A stretch of DNA of 64,000 nucleotides from NCBI GenBank assembly GCA_963675525.2, contig CAXXSL010000018.1:1-64000 (forward strand), read 5' to 3'. The position numbers were made by a program, and so were the translations under genes. This document shows, one piece after another, positions 10,590 through 21,260 of the stretch. How positions within the stretch are numbered: position 1 is the first letter of the stretch; the number at the start of each line of letters is the position of its first letter. The notes beneath the pieces are model-generated. The model searched no databases and was not told where the DNA came from. It was given only the letters and a program-made list of their open reading frames with translations. The stretch comes from Anaerohalosphaeraceae bacterium (lineage in GTDB: Bacteria; Planctomycetota; Phycisphaerae; Sedimentisphaerales; Anaerohalosphaeraceae).

Positions 10590-13500
10590 GTGGATTCCCA
10601 GGAAAACATCGGGCAGGCAAATGACCCGCAATCGGAGGTTGCGTTGCTTCAGCAAAAATTTCAGAGCTTAAAGAACAAGTTCGGCAAGGTTCTCCGGCAA
10701 AAGGAAAACCTCACCGGTACCTGCCAAGATCAGGCCGCCTACATTGCTGACATCACCTCGCAACTGGAGCAGGTGCGCACTCAAAACGAATCGCTGCAGG
10801 AGCAATTTGACCAGCTTCGTTCACAACAGGCACAGGATGCACAAATGCGGCACGACAGTCAGGAACTGGCCGAACAACTCGAACAGGCCAATACAAAAAT
10901 CCGCCAATTGGAAGAAACACTTGCCGCCCAACAGGAAACAGCCGGCAATAGCGACCGGCTCCAACAGCAACTGCACGACCTGAACAAGCAACTCGATCAG
11001 ATCACCAGGCAAAAAGACAACCTCACCGGCACCTGCGAAGATCAATACAACTATATCGCAGAGATGTCCGCACAGATACAAGCCCTCACCGAACAGCAAA
11101 CACAAACCGAAGAACAAACAGAACAACTCCGGGACCAACTGGACCGGCTTTCTCACGCTGACGGACAGAACAATGAAATGGCCGAATCCGTCCGGCAGGC
11201 AAATGACCGCATTCTCCAGCTTCAAAACGAGCTCCAGACACACCAAGCGGAACTGGACCGCCAAAAAAATGAATTTCAAACGCAGTTAACCCAAAGCAAG
11301 GGTCTGCATCAACAGCTTTCTGAACAACTCGAACAGGCAGTCAACGCCAAACAGCACCTCGAACAAGACAATCACGCAATGCAATCAACCGTTTCGTCAT
11401 TGCAGGAACAGCTCGATCGCCAGCAGCACGATACCAAACAGCTCCGTGACCAACTGGACCTGCTTTCCCACGCTGATGGACAAAACCAGCAACTGGCCGA
11501 GTCCATCCAACAGGCCAACGACCGAATTCAACAGCTTCAAAACGAGCTCGATGCCCGACAGGCGGAACTGGACCGCCAAAAAGACGAATTCCAAACGCAG
11601 TTAACCCAAAGAGAGCATCAGCATCAACAGCTTTCCGAACAACTAAATCAGGCCGCCAGCGCCAAACAGAATCTGGAAGAAGAAAATCACACGATGCAGT
11701 CGACCATTTCCTCATTGCAGGAACAAGTCGAACACCAGCAGCATAAAACCGAACAGTTGCAGACGACCCTGCACGAAACCGAGCAGCTTCTCCGGCAGCA
11801 GGAACACGCTTCCGGCAAAAATGATCAGGCTGTTTCACAGCTTCGGGAAGAACTCAACGAGCTTCAGACGCAGCATCAGGAAACATGCAGTCAAAATGAA
11901 ACGCTCCAAACGCAGCTTGAGAAGTTGAATGCCGAACACCAATCGTCTCTGGACCATGTCCATGTGCTGCAATGCCAAACCTCGGATCTGCAGGAAGATA
12001 TCGACCGCCGCGAACAAAAACGAGAGCAGTTGCAGGCGTCTCTGCAGGAAACCGAAGCGATGCTTCAACAGCAAACTGAGGCATCCGGCCTGATGGGAGA
12101 TAAGATCGCCGCACTGACCGACGAGCTGAATGCCCTGCAAAGCGGTCATCAGGAAACACTCGCCGAAAACGGATCCCTGCAGTCACAGGTCATCGAATGG
12201 CAGGAAAAATACCACGCCGTTCAACAGGAAAACGAAGCCGCGCAGCATAAGCAGGAAGCCCTGCAAAACGACATCGACACCCTGCATTCTCAACTCGAAA
12301 CCAAAACCGTCGAGATAGAGAAGGTCGCCGGTGAACTTACCGAATATCTTCAAAAACAAGAGGCTCTGTCAGAGCAGCTTCGGCATGAAAAAATACAGGC
12401 CACCCAACGGCAGAAGCAAAATGACTCGCTGCAGGCAGAGTTGACAGCGGCCGCACAGACAGCCGAACAAACCGAAAAGGCGATTCAGCAGCTTCGCGAG
12501 GAGCTTCAAACCAAACAACAATCCTTCGATCACGAACTGGCCGACCGGCAGGAACAAATCCAATCGCTTCAGGCAGAACTTGATGAAGCCAAAATACAAA
12601 CCCGGGCAGTTCAGGAAGAAAAAGAGTCGCTCCAGGCAGAGGTGACCGCGGCCGCACAGACAACCGAACAAACCGAACAGGCGATTCAGCATCTCCGCGA
12701 TGAGCTCCAGACCAAACAACAATCCTTCGAACACGAACTGGCTGACCGGCAGGAAAAGATCCAATCACTTCAGGCAGAACTTGAAGAGGCCGAAACCCGA
12801 ACCCGGGCAGTTCTGGAAGAAAAAGAGTCGCTCCAGGCAGAGGTGACCGCGGCCGCACAGATAACCGAACAAACTGAACTGGCAATTCAGCAACTCCGCG
12901 ATGAGCTTCAAACCAAACAACAATCCTTCGACCACGAACTGGCTGACCGGCAGGAAAAGATCCAATCGCTTCAGGCAGAACTTGAAGAGGCCGAAACCCG
13001 AGCCCGGGCAGTTCTGGAAGAAAAAGATAACCTGCAGGAAGTCCTGGCCTCAGTACGGCTGGAGTTCAACCAAAAAGAAAGCGAATGCCGGCAGCTTCAA
13101 TCTTCGCTGCACGAAACAGAATCACTGCTCGCACAGCAAAAAGATATCACCGCACAAACAGAAGCGAATCTGTTGGATGTACAAGCCGAACTAAGCGAAC
13201 TGCAGACACAGCGACAGAACCTGACGCAGGAAAACCAATCGCTGCAGGAAAATCTGGACAAATGGCACCAAAAATATCAGGCGATCCAGCAGGAACACGA
13301 AGCGGCACAAACCAAGTATCAGGCACTGGCCGCCGAGCTGCAAGCCAGTACGGACCAGGCCGAAGAACTGCAAAGCCGCTTCGATGACAGTCTGCAAAAG
13401 CAAAAGTCCCTGACCCAAACGCTCAAAAATAAAGATACCCAACTCGAGGAGCTTGCCCAGCAGGCCGATACGCTGCAAAAACAGGTCCGCATGAAAGCTC

Positions 13501-14507
13501 AGGCCCTCGAACTGGCCAAAGAAACACACCAGCAGTTGCAGGATGAACTAACCGAAAAACAACAGCAGTTTGAAAAAGAACATACCGCTCAAAAGCAGCA
13601 GACCGAAACGCTCCAAATACAGCTTGAAGAAACCACCGCTTGCGTGGATGAGTTGGCGCAGCTGGTTCAGGAAGTGGACGGTGAAAACGAAGAGCTGCGC
13701 AGCAATGCCGAAGAGGCATCCGGCCAGTTGACGCGGATTCAAAGCCAGCTCGCCGAACGTAATAAGGAAAACGAACAGCTTCACGAGCAGGTTGCCGAAT
13801 TGCAGAAGAAGGTCAGCACATTATCAAAAACACACGAAGTCCCGGAAAAGGCACAGCAGCGCATCAAATCGCTGGAACAAACGCTCGCCCAGGAATCCGC
13901 CGTCCTGAAAGTGACCCAGCAGGAAATGCAGAAGTACCACAAGATGACCAGCGACCTTCAGGAAAAGATATGCAAGATGACCGCCGAAACACAACACAAC
14001 AAAGACGCCGAACTGCACGCCCGCCAGGAACTGGAAAAAGCAAGCCAGCAACTGGAATTGCTTCAAAACGAAAGCCGCCAGCACCGGCCCGTTGTTGAAG
14101 CACTCCAGCAAAAGCTCGCTGAAACCCAGGGACGTACCGAAACGCTCAGCACGCAGTTGCACAAACAGGCGGTCGACCTGGAGTCCGCGCGGCAAACGAT
14201 CCAGACACTGCGCCAGCAGCAAAAGGACAACCGAACCGCGCGTCTGTCGAGCCTTCATGATTCGGCCGGCAATTTACAACCGGATAAGAACAGGGCCGCC
14301 AAACCCGCCCCTGTCATGACCCACGCACAAAAAACCGTTCAGCAGCTCCGCGAAGAGATCGAATCCCGAAAACGGCAAAACCAACAGGCCCGCCAAACAA
14401 CCGCCGAACAAAACACCATGCAGGAAGATCAGGAAAACGGCCGTAACAAAAAACGCAAAAGTCTCCAGAAAAGCCTAAACCTCTTCGGCGGCAATCAAAA
14501 AACCTAA
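10590..14507 (+). CDS. Very long Q/E-rich coiled-coil protein with internal tandem repeats, function unknown
   Basis: 1305 aa of continuous heptad pattern; no signal peptide, TM segment or Walker motifs; GTG start behind AGGAG. Confidence 0.85.
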   Translation: MDSQENIGQANDPQSEVALLQQKFQSLKNKFGKVLRQKENLTGTCQDQAAYIADITSQLEQVRTQNESLQEQFDQLRSQQAQDAQMRHDSQELAEQLEQANTKIRQLEETLAAQQETAGNSDRLQQQLHDLNKQLDQITRQKDNLTGTCEDQYNYIAEMSAQIQALTEQQTQTEEQTEQLRDQLDRLSHADGQNNEMAESVRQANDRILQLQNELQTHQAELDRQKNEFQTQLTQSKGLHQQLSEQLEQAVNAKQHLEQDNHAMQSTVSSLQEQLDRQQHDTKQLRDQLDLLSHADGQNQQLAESIQQANDRIQQLQNELDARQAELDRQKDEFQTQLTQREHQHQQLSEQLNQAASAKQNLEEENHTMQSTISSLQEQVEHQQHKTEQLQTTLHETEQLLRQQEHASGKNDQAVSQLREELNELQTQHQETCSQNETLQTQLEKLNAEHQSSLDHVHVLQCQTSDLQEDIDRREQKREQLQASLQETEAMLQQQTEASGLMGDKIAALTDELNALQSGHQETLAENGSLQSQVIEWQEKYHAVQQENEAAQHKQEALQNDIDTLHSQLETKTVEIEKVAGELTEYLQKQEALSEQLRHEKIQATQRQKQNDSLQAELTAAAQTAEQTEKAIQQLREELQTKQQSFDHELADRQEQIQSLQAELDEAKIQTRAVQEEKESLQAEVTAAAQTTEQTEQAIQHLRDELQTKQQSFEHELADRQEKIQSLQAELEEAETRTRAVLEEKESLQAEVTAAAQITEQTELAIQQLRDELQTKQQSFDHELADRQEKIQSLQAELEEAETRARAVLEEKDNLQEVLASVRLEFNQKESECRQLQSSLHETESLLAQQKDITAQTEANLLDVQAELSELQTQRQNLTQENQSLQENLDKWHQKYQAIQQEHEAAQTKYQALAAELQASTDQAEELQSRFDDSLQKQKSLTQTLKNKDTQLEELAQQADTLQKQVRMKAQALELAKETHQQLQDELTEKQQQFEKEHTAQKQQTETLQIQLEETTACVDELAQLVQEVDGENEELRSNAEEASGQLTRIQSQLAERNKENEQLHEQVAELQKKVSTLSKTHEVPEKAQQRIKSLEQTLAQESAVLKVTQQEMQKYHKMTSDLQEKICKMTAETQHNKDAELHARQELEKASQQLELLQNESRQHRPVVEALQQKLAETQGRTETLSTQLHKQAVDLESARQTIQTLRQQQKDNRTARLSSLHDSAGNLQPDKNRAAKPAPVMTHAQKTVQQLREEIESRKRQNQQARQTTAEQNTMQEDQENGRNKKRKSLQKSLNLFGGNQKT
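12426..13028 (+). repeat. Intragenic tandem repeat, 3 x 201 bp (67 aa)
   Basis: tcgct(g/c)caggcagag recurs at 12426, 12627 and 12828 with near-identical units. Confidence 0.92.
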
Positions 14508-14552
14508 AATAACTCTATAATCCGAAGGATGACGTTTTCTATTCTGTTATTG

Positions 14553-15833
14553 TCAGCCTCCGCAAAATGCATCAAACGGATTGCCGCAGACCAGCCACGA
14601 TTGAGCAAACTCCATAAAGTCGGCAAGATTCACATAGCAATCATTATTCAAATCGCTCGGGATAGGACCTATCACGCACTGGAAGATCGTAAACACCTCA
14701 TCACTCACATCGAAAACCAGCGTATCGGCACTGTCGCTGACACGGATCAGGCACTCATTGGCGTCCGCCACCGGTATCGGATCCCACGAATACAACCCGT
14801 CATTATCCGTTCCGGCAATGACCGGCTGCCATCCATTGCCGTTATCCAGTGAATAATCGATATCCACATTCGCGATGGTATCGGCGGCATTCCATGTCAT
14901 ATCATACGCATTGCCGGAAACAAGCACTTCACCCCCATTGGGTGATAATACATCGACAGGCCCCAGAATCGTCAAAGTATCCACCGGTTCAAAAAATTCA
15001 TTATAAAGCGTCATTACAACATCGCCCGGACCGTTGTACTGATAAGTCACAGAGGAACTTACACTTCCCGACGCCGGGTCACTGTTTGCAGTGGGACTTA
15101 ATGTTTCCATATACCATGCATCCGCTTCCGGCTCCGGTCCAAACCCCGGCACTTCCCACTGCCAAATGTGAGTCCATTGGAAATAGGTCGGATTGTAAAC
15201 CCAGTTTGCGCCTGTCCATTCACCCTCATCAGGGCCGTCAGTGACGATAAGATACCCATCGTAACAGGTGCACCAATCGCCGGAAGAATTGACAATGCCA
15301 ATTTCCAAAGCAGTGCCGAAATGGGCATTCACAATATCCTTATCCTCAAAAGACGCGCCTGTCTGAACGCGCAAAGATAACACAGGCCCCTCAATAACAC
15401 TGTCTTCGATGGGACATAACATATCACACTCCGGAACTCCGGGGCCCACTGGCGGCTCCTTGACATGAAAATATTCAAGAAAAATACAGTAATCATTTGT
15501 TCCTATACGAGTGTATCCGGTATAAGGGCTGCCGGATTTGCGATGGTCAAAATCAGCGGCAAACTGCTCGATTGAAAGCCCGGGGCCATAGGGCGGCTCT
15601 TTGACAGACCATGCACTAATGATCAGTGCCAAATCAAGCTGCCCGACATAATACCTGCCCCCCAGCATCGTTCCTTCAAAGAGCCCATCCGTATCCCCTC
15701 GGCACTGTCGAGGAAAGCACCAACTTTCCGGCGCACCGACACTGAGCCATTCGGCATAATCGGGGTGACACTCCGGCAGACAGGCAAAAAGAACACCAGA
15801 TAACATTAAAATGAATAAAGCTAATGTACGCAT
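14553..15833 (-). CDS. Secreted Phycisphaerae-type protein with Cys-rich dockerin-like N-domain, Ig-like SPNGGE domain and C-terminal dockerin-like tail
   Basis: Signal peptide MRTLALFILMLSG; CFPRQCRGDTDG..ADFDH; VLSPNGGE..YSLDNG..W..SD..FTI; SDLNNDCYVNLADF..FAQSWL. Confidence 0.7.
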   Translation of the reverse strand: MRTLALFILMLSGVLFACLPECHPDYAEWLSVGAPESWCFPRQCRGDTDGLFEGTMLGGRYYVGQLDLALIISAWSVKEPPYGPGLSIEQFAADFDHRKSGSPYTGYTRIGTNDYCIFLEYFHVKEPPVGPGVPECDMLCPIEDSVIEGPVLSLRVQTGASFEDKDIVNAHFGTALEIGIVNSSGDWCTCYDGYLIVTDGPDEGEWTGANWVYNPTYFQWTHIWQWEVPGFGPEPEADAWYMETLSPTANSDPASGSVSSSVTYQYNGPGDVVMTLYNEFFEPVDTLTILGPVDVLSPNGGEVLVSGNAYDMTWNAADTIANVDIDYSLDNGNGWQPVIAGTDNDGLYSWDPIPVADANECLIRVSDSADTLVFDVSDEVFTIFQCVIGPIPSDLNNDCYVNLADFMEFAQSWLVCGNPFDAFCGG

Positions 15834-15850
15834 ATTTAATTCATCCAAGT

Positions 15851-17269
15851 TCAATTCCCAATTCCTTTCAGCCAATCATCGGCCACTGCGGCCAGGTCGC
15901 CGAGGCCCACATCCCCGCTGAGATCAATATCGGCCCGGCCGCAGTCGGTACCACTGCTGCAGCCGGTCAGACCCCAGTAATTGGCCAGGTACGCAAAGTC
16001 GACCATATTCGCCCCATACAACCCGGCGATATCCCCGGCAAATATCTCCTGCCACGCCAGCCGCGGATAATCCTCCCCCCCCCTCAGCATCCTCCAAATC
16101 GGCGTCGAAAAGTCCCAGCCGGTAAAGGTGCTTTGTGTCATCATTTCCGTTGTCGTCTTGCCTATACCACCGCTACTTGTTGTCTGGCCGGTTGTATCGA
16201 TATCCCAGAAACAGTTGCTGATCGTGCCATAGTTGCCCCCGCATAAACCGCCTATATAGTCGCCGTAGGAGACAGATCCAACCGCGTAACAGTTGTTGAT
16301 TGTTGTTCCATCATTTACTCCGCACAAGCCACCATTAAATGTGTACAAGCTCCCGCTGTAATTAGGATCACTGGTTACAGAGCCGGTGGCATAACTATTG
16401 CTGATTGTGCCACTCCAAGTTTCCCCGCACAGGCCGCCCAGAATAGCAATACCTGAGACAGAACCGGTGGCATAACTATTACTGATTGTGCCATACTGAT
16501 TGAATCCGCACAGGCCGCCCAGATCGTATGATTCAGTTCCCGCGGTCACTTCAACGGCTGCATTGCAGTTGCTGATCGTGCTTTCATCGTTTATTCCGCA
16601 TAAACCGCCGAGGTAAGTTGAGTTAATCCCGGCGGTTACCTTCCCACGAGCTGAACAGTTGTTGATTACGGTTGATGATGCATTAGAAGTTAAACCCCAC
16701 AAACCGCCGACGGTGCCTGAGTTATTCCCGCATGTCACCTGCCCGCTGACGTTGCAATTATCGATCGTGACATTTCTGCGAAGAAGTGCGCACAGGATGC
16801 CACCACCCGAATCATCTCCCCCGGTAATAACGGCATTTTCAATATCGAGGTCTTTTATGAGTACATCTTCAAAAAAAAACCCGACTACTTCAAATAAGCC
16901 CAGCAAACCATTGCTTGCCCCGGCCGTATCAATTGTCAGGTTCCGAATCGTCTTGTGATTGCCGTCAAACCGGCCAAGAAAACTGGTGGTATTACTACCG
17001 CCGAAGGTGTCGATATCCCTTGTGATGACCGCGGTGGCGTAGGTTATACCCGCAAGGTCGATGTCGGTCATGAGTTTAGTATGGACCCCGGTGGTCCGAT
17101 AGGCGGGGTTACTTGCGAATTCATCGAAATCGTCTAAATCCTCGATGAGATATGGATTGTTTTCTGACCCGTCGCCGTTACCCATGTCGCCATCGACTGC
17201 CCATGCTGTGGCAAACAGGGCTGACAGGAGAATTAAAACAGTATGCTTTACTTTGCATGTTTCAAACAT
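15851..17269 (-). CDS. Secreted GLUG-motif beta-helix protein with C-terminal dockerin-like pair
   Basis: GDGSENNPYLI, repeated GGLCG.N...ISNSYATGSV units, GWDF...W...DYPRL, ADIDLSGDV..DL....DWL; AAGGAG SD before ATG 17269 (in-frame alternative 17290). Confidence 0.85.
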   Translation of the reverse strand: MFETCKVKHTVLILLSALFATAWAVDGDMGNGDGSENNPYLIEDLDDFDEFASNPAYRTTGVHTKLMTDIDLAGITYATAVITRDIDTFGGSNTTSFLGRFDGNHKTIRNLTIDTAGASNGLLGLFEVVGFFFEDVLIKDLDIENAVITGGDDSGGGILCALLRRNVTIDNCNVSGQVTCGNNSGTVGGLWGLTSNASSTVINNCSARGKVTAGINSTYLGGLCGINDESTISNCNAAVEVTAGTESYDLGGLCGFNQYGTISNSYATGSVSGIAILGGLCGETWSGTISNSYATGSVTSDPNYSGSLYTFNGGLCGVNDGTTINNCYAVGSVSYGDYIGGLCGGNYGTISNCFWDIDTTGQTTSSGGIGKTTTEMMTQSTFTGWDFSTPIWRMLRGGEDYPRLAWQEIFAGDIAGLYGANMVDFAYLANYWGLTGCSSGTDCGRADIDLSGDVGLGDLAAVADDWLKGIGN

Positions 17270-17391
17270 ATCTCCTTCCCCCTTTTTCATTGTGATATCT
17301 CCTTTTCTCATTATGTTATGCGAAAACTCATTAATACCGAAAAATAACAAGACAATTCGCAGGATTTCAGAAAAGCCTCCAATATAATTTC

Positions 17392-17420
17392 AATATAACA
17401 CATCCGAAATATATTGTCAA
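17392..17420 (-). promoter_or_regulatory. Sigma70 promoter for the GLUG gene
   Basis: TTGACA-N17-TATATT on the minus strand. Confidence 0.6.
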
Positions 17421-17541
17421 CTTTAAACCCGGACACTCATCGACTTTTTAACAAATCCGCGCTTGACGAATCCGGCCCGGCAGGATACCCTGTTGGGCCG
17501 TTTGTGTGTAAATATCACGCATAAAATCGGAAACAGTTTAA

Positions 17542-18879
<1,338 letters not shown>

Positions 18880-18897
18880 ACGACAATTCGTCGATAC

Positions 18898-18934
18898 AGG
18901 GCACAGAGGCACCATGCGTCTGTGCCCTTTTTTT
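18898..18934 (+). terminator. Rho-independent terminator of eno
   Basis: Stem agggcacaga/tctgtgccct followed by a T tract. Confidence 0.85.
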
Positions 18935-18960
18935 GTGGAAAATTAGCCTTGCTCTTGCTT

Positions 18961-19110
18961 TGTCATTCCCACGAAGGCGGGAATCCATTAAAATAAGCTT
19001 CGCCGTAGGCCAAAAATAACGTCATTCTGAGCGCAGCGAAGAATCTATTAAAATAAGCCTCGCCGAAGGCGAATCCGCAACTAAGAACTAAAAACTAAGA
19101 ACTCAAAACT
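18961..19110. repeat. Two tandem GTCATTC-type palindromic units (59-bp period) followed by heptamer (AACTAAG-like) tandem repeats
   Basis: gtcattcccacgaaggcgggaatcc-attaaaataagcttcgccgtaggc / gtcattctgagcgcagcgaagaatct-attaaaataagcctcgccgaaggc; then aactaag aactaaa aactaag aactcaa. Confidence 0.7.
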
Positions 19111-19115
19111 TTCAA

Positions 19116-19646
19116 TTGGATAAGCTTGCTCTGACAACCCGTTTTTTACTGTTTTGCCTCTTCTTCCTGATCGGCGCCTCCGCGATCGTGCTGTCTATAC
19201 TGGCCCGCCCGGAGCTGGAGAATTACTACAACAACCGCGCCATGCTGGACGAACTGCGAAAACAAAACAAAACGATCACCCAATTGACCACCGAATACGA
19301 TGCCCGCATCAAGCTGATCGAAACCGAACCGAACATCCTGACCCGTTTCAGCACCGCCGCGTTCGGACAGAAACCCCAGGCCCCGGACACCGTCTTCCCC
19401 AAAGCGGCCAACGAAGCCCTCCGATCCGACACCGAACGCATCCTCAAAACCGAAACCCAGCCGGCCCCCGTCGACCCCATCCCGATCTGGCTGGCACGCA
19501 TCATCGAACCCAGAACCCGAACCGCCCTGTTCCTTTCCGGCACAGCACTGATCCTGATCACCTTCATCTTCTTCGGAACCCAGCGAACAAAAACGCAAGG
19601 GCGCAAGCCCTGCGAATATTCCACAAGCCCCAAGAGCCTGCCCTGA
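19116..19646 (+). CDS. Membrane protein, FtsB/DivIC-like (TM plus short coiled coil, extra C-terminal TM)
   Basis: N-terminal TM, heptads LDELRKQNKTITQLTTEYDARIKLIETEPNILTRF...FG; directly downstream of eno. Confidence 0.55.
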   Translation: MDKLALTTRFLLFCLFFLIGASAIVLSILARPELENYYNNRAMLDELRKQNKTITQLTTEYDARIKLIETEPNILTRFSTAAFGQKPQAPDTVFPKAANEALRSDTERILKTETQPAPVDPIPIWLARIIEPRTRTALFLSGTALILITFIFFGTQRTKTQGRKPCEYSTSPKSLP

Positions 19647-19830
19647 GTGTAGTCGAACGGGGGCTTAAACAATAATAGCCCCGAGCGAAGGGAGCAAAGC
19701 GACCGAAACCCGCAGAATGCAACCACACCCCACAACCGCCGACCCCAACGGGGTCGAACAAAAAATCAATCCCCAATAGACATTTCACAATTGGTCTCCC
19801 CCATTTTACAATATACAATCGGCATCAAAA

Positions 19831-19933
19831 AGTCTGCGCAGCAGACGTCATGTTGTAGCCTCGCCCGTCAGGGCGTGGGAATAAATGAAACCCCTTTTCC
19901 TCCACAGCCCGCGCAGCGGGCGCCATGTTGTAG
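19831..19933 (+). repeat. REP-like GTAG palindromic repeats: one intact copy (19831-19879) and the left half of a second copy (19906-19933) interrupted by the IS
   Basis: agtctgcgcagcagacgtcatgttgtagcctcgcccgtcagggcgtggg versus reconstructed agcccgcgcagcgggcgccatgttgtag|ccttgggcgtagcccgtgg. Confidence 0.75.
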
Positions 19934-20010
19934 ATAATATGTAGGCCATCCAAAAGTTCTTATAATGGTTTTTGAACCCTAAACCGGAACCATTATCGAA
20001 AGGATGGCCC

Positions 20011-21093
20011 ATGCGTAGTCTATCAAAGGTACAGACATTTTTCAACACTATCCGTTTAACCCGTAACGATGCATTGTTTATTGGTATTGACACCCATAAG
20101 GAAACGTATCATGTCGCGCTGCACTTAAACGACACCCCCGCTCTTGATTTTGTCATGCCGTCGAATCCCAATCAACTTATTGAACAGCTCAAACCGGTCC
20201 AGCACGCCATCAAAGAGATTGTTTACGAAGCCGGGCCCACGGGCTATTCATTGGCTCGCACCTTACAAAAACACCATCTGCCCGTGACTATTGCGGCCAC
20301 CTCTAAAACGCCCCGGCCGGCCGCCAAAGAGGACAAGACAGATCGCCTGGACAGTAAAAAACTGGCGTGTTATCTGGCCAAGGGGCTCCTCAAACCGGTG
20401 ACCATTCCTTCGGTCCAGCAGGAGGGGGACCGACAGTTGTGCCGGATGCGGCATCGTCAACGAAAAAACGGAGCCTGTGTCAAAACTCAAATCAAGTCAT
20501 TTTTATTACAACACGGGCTGACGGAACCGGAAGGGCTCAAATATTGGTCTGGTAAAAGCATCGACGCCCTCCGAGCCTTGCGGCTGCCAAAGCCATTACG
20601 TTTGTCACTGGACGCGTTACTCAGCGACCTGGACTACCATTCTGACAGACTGACGGTGCTTGAGCGTCTCCTGGACGAAAGGATGGGGTCAACACCAACC
20701 GGCCAGCGGATTGCATTACTTCAAACACATCCCGGCATCGGACCGGTGACAGCACGACAGTTTGTTACGGAAGTGTTCCACTATGACCATTTTGAGACAT
20801 CCTGCCAAGTGGTCAAATATGTCGGATTGGCCCCGACGATCCATCAAAGCGGTTCAAAAAGTACATCCGGCCCCATCAATCGGGACGGGAAGCCGTCCCT
20901 TCGTTGCACACTCATTCAAGCCGCATGGCAGTGGGTTGCCGTTGATGTTAAGGCCAAACAATACTTTTGGCGGATTTGTCACAGCAATGGGGGTATCAAA
21001 CAGAAAGCGATCACTGCGGTGGCTCGAAAACTGACCGTGCATCTGTGGCGCATGTTGATAAAAAATGAACCCTATCGGGCGGAAAAAGCTTAA
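20011..21093 (+). CDS. IS110 family DEDD transposase/bridge recombinase
   Basis: RuvC-like DEDD: IGIDTHK, YEAGPTG, KTDRLDS; C-terminal Tnp20 domain PGIGPVTA, YVGLAP..HQSG (catalytic Ser), AVARKL; AAGGA SD before ATG 20011. Confidence 0.96.
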   Translation: MRSLSKVQTFFNTIRLTRNDALFIGIDTHKETYHVALHLNDTPALDFVMPSNPNQLIEQLKPVQHAIKEIVYEAGPTGYSLARTLQKHHLPVTIAATSKTPRPAAKEDKTDRLDSKKLACYLAKGLLKPVTIPSVQQEGDRQLCRMRHRQRKNGACVKTQIKSFLLQHGLTEPEGLKYWSGKSIDALRALRLPKPLRLSLDALLSDLDYHSDRLTVLERLLDERMGSTPTGQRIALLQTHPGIGPVTARQFVTEVFHYDHFETSCQVVKYVGLAPTIHQSGSKSTSGPINRDGKPSLRCTLIQAAWQWVAVDVKAKQYFWRICHSNGGIKQKAITAVARKLTVHLWRMLIKNEPYRAEKA

Positions 21094-21099
21094 ACAGTA

Positions 21100-21260
21100 T
21101 ACGAATGGATTGAAGCTCACCACGACGTGCCGACCACGGCCCGAGGCTTGTGTCTTGAACACGATTGTAGATTGTTGGCGGCACCTCAGGAAGAACGAAT
21201 CGATTAACGTGTGCTTCGAGCACGAATAACAGACTGAGCGATCAATCTTGAAAGACAAGG
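21100..21260 (+). ncRNA. Candidate bridge/seek RNA in the IS right non-coding end
   Basis: Two consecutive stem-internal-loop-hairpin modules whose loop strands match the target (gcccgaggct, ttgtag) and the donor junction (ataacag); exact ends unknown. Confidence 0.7.

Noticed and set aside
10590..14507. SMC/chromosome segregation ATPase
   Set aside because: No Walker A/B, signature motif or hinge; any similarity would be generic coiled coil.
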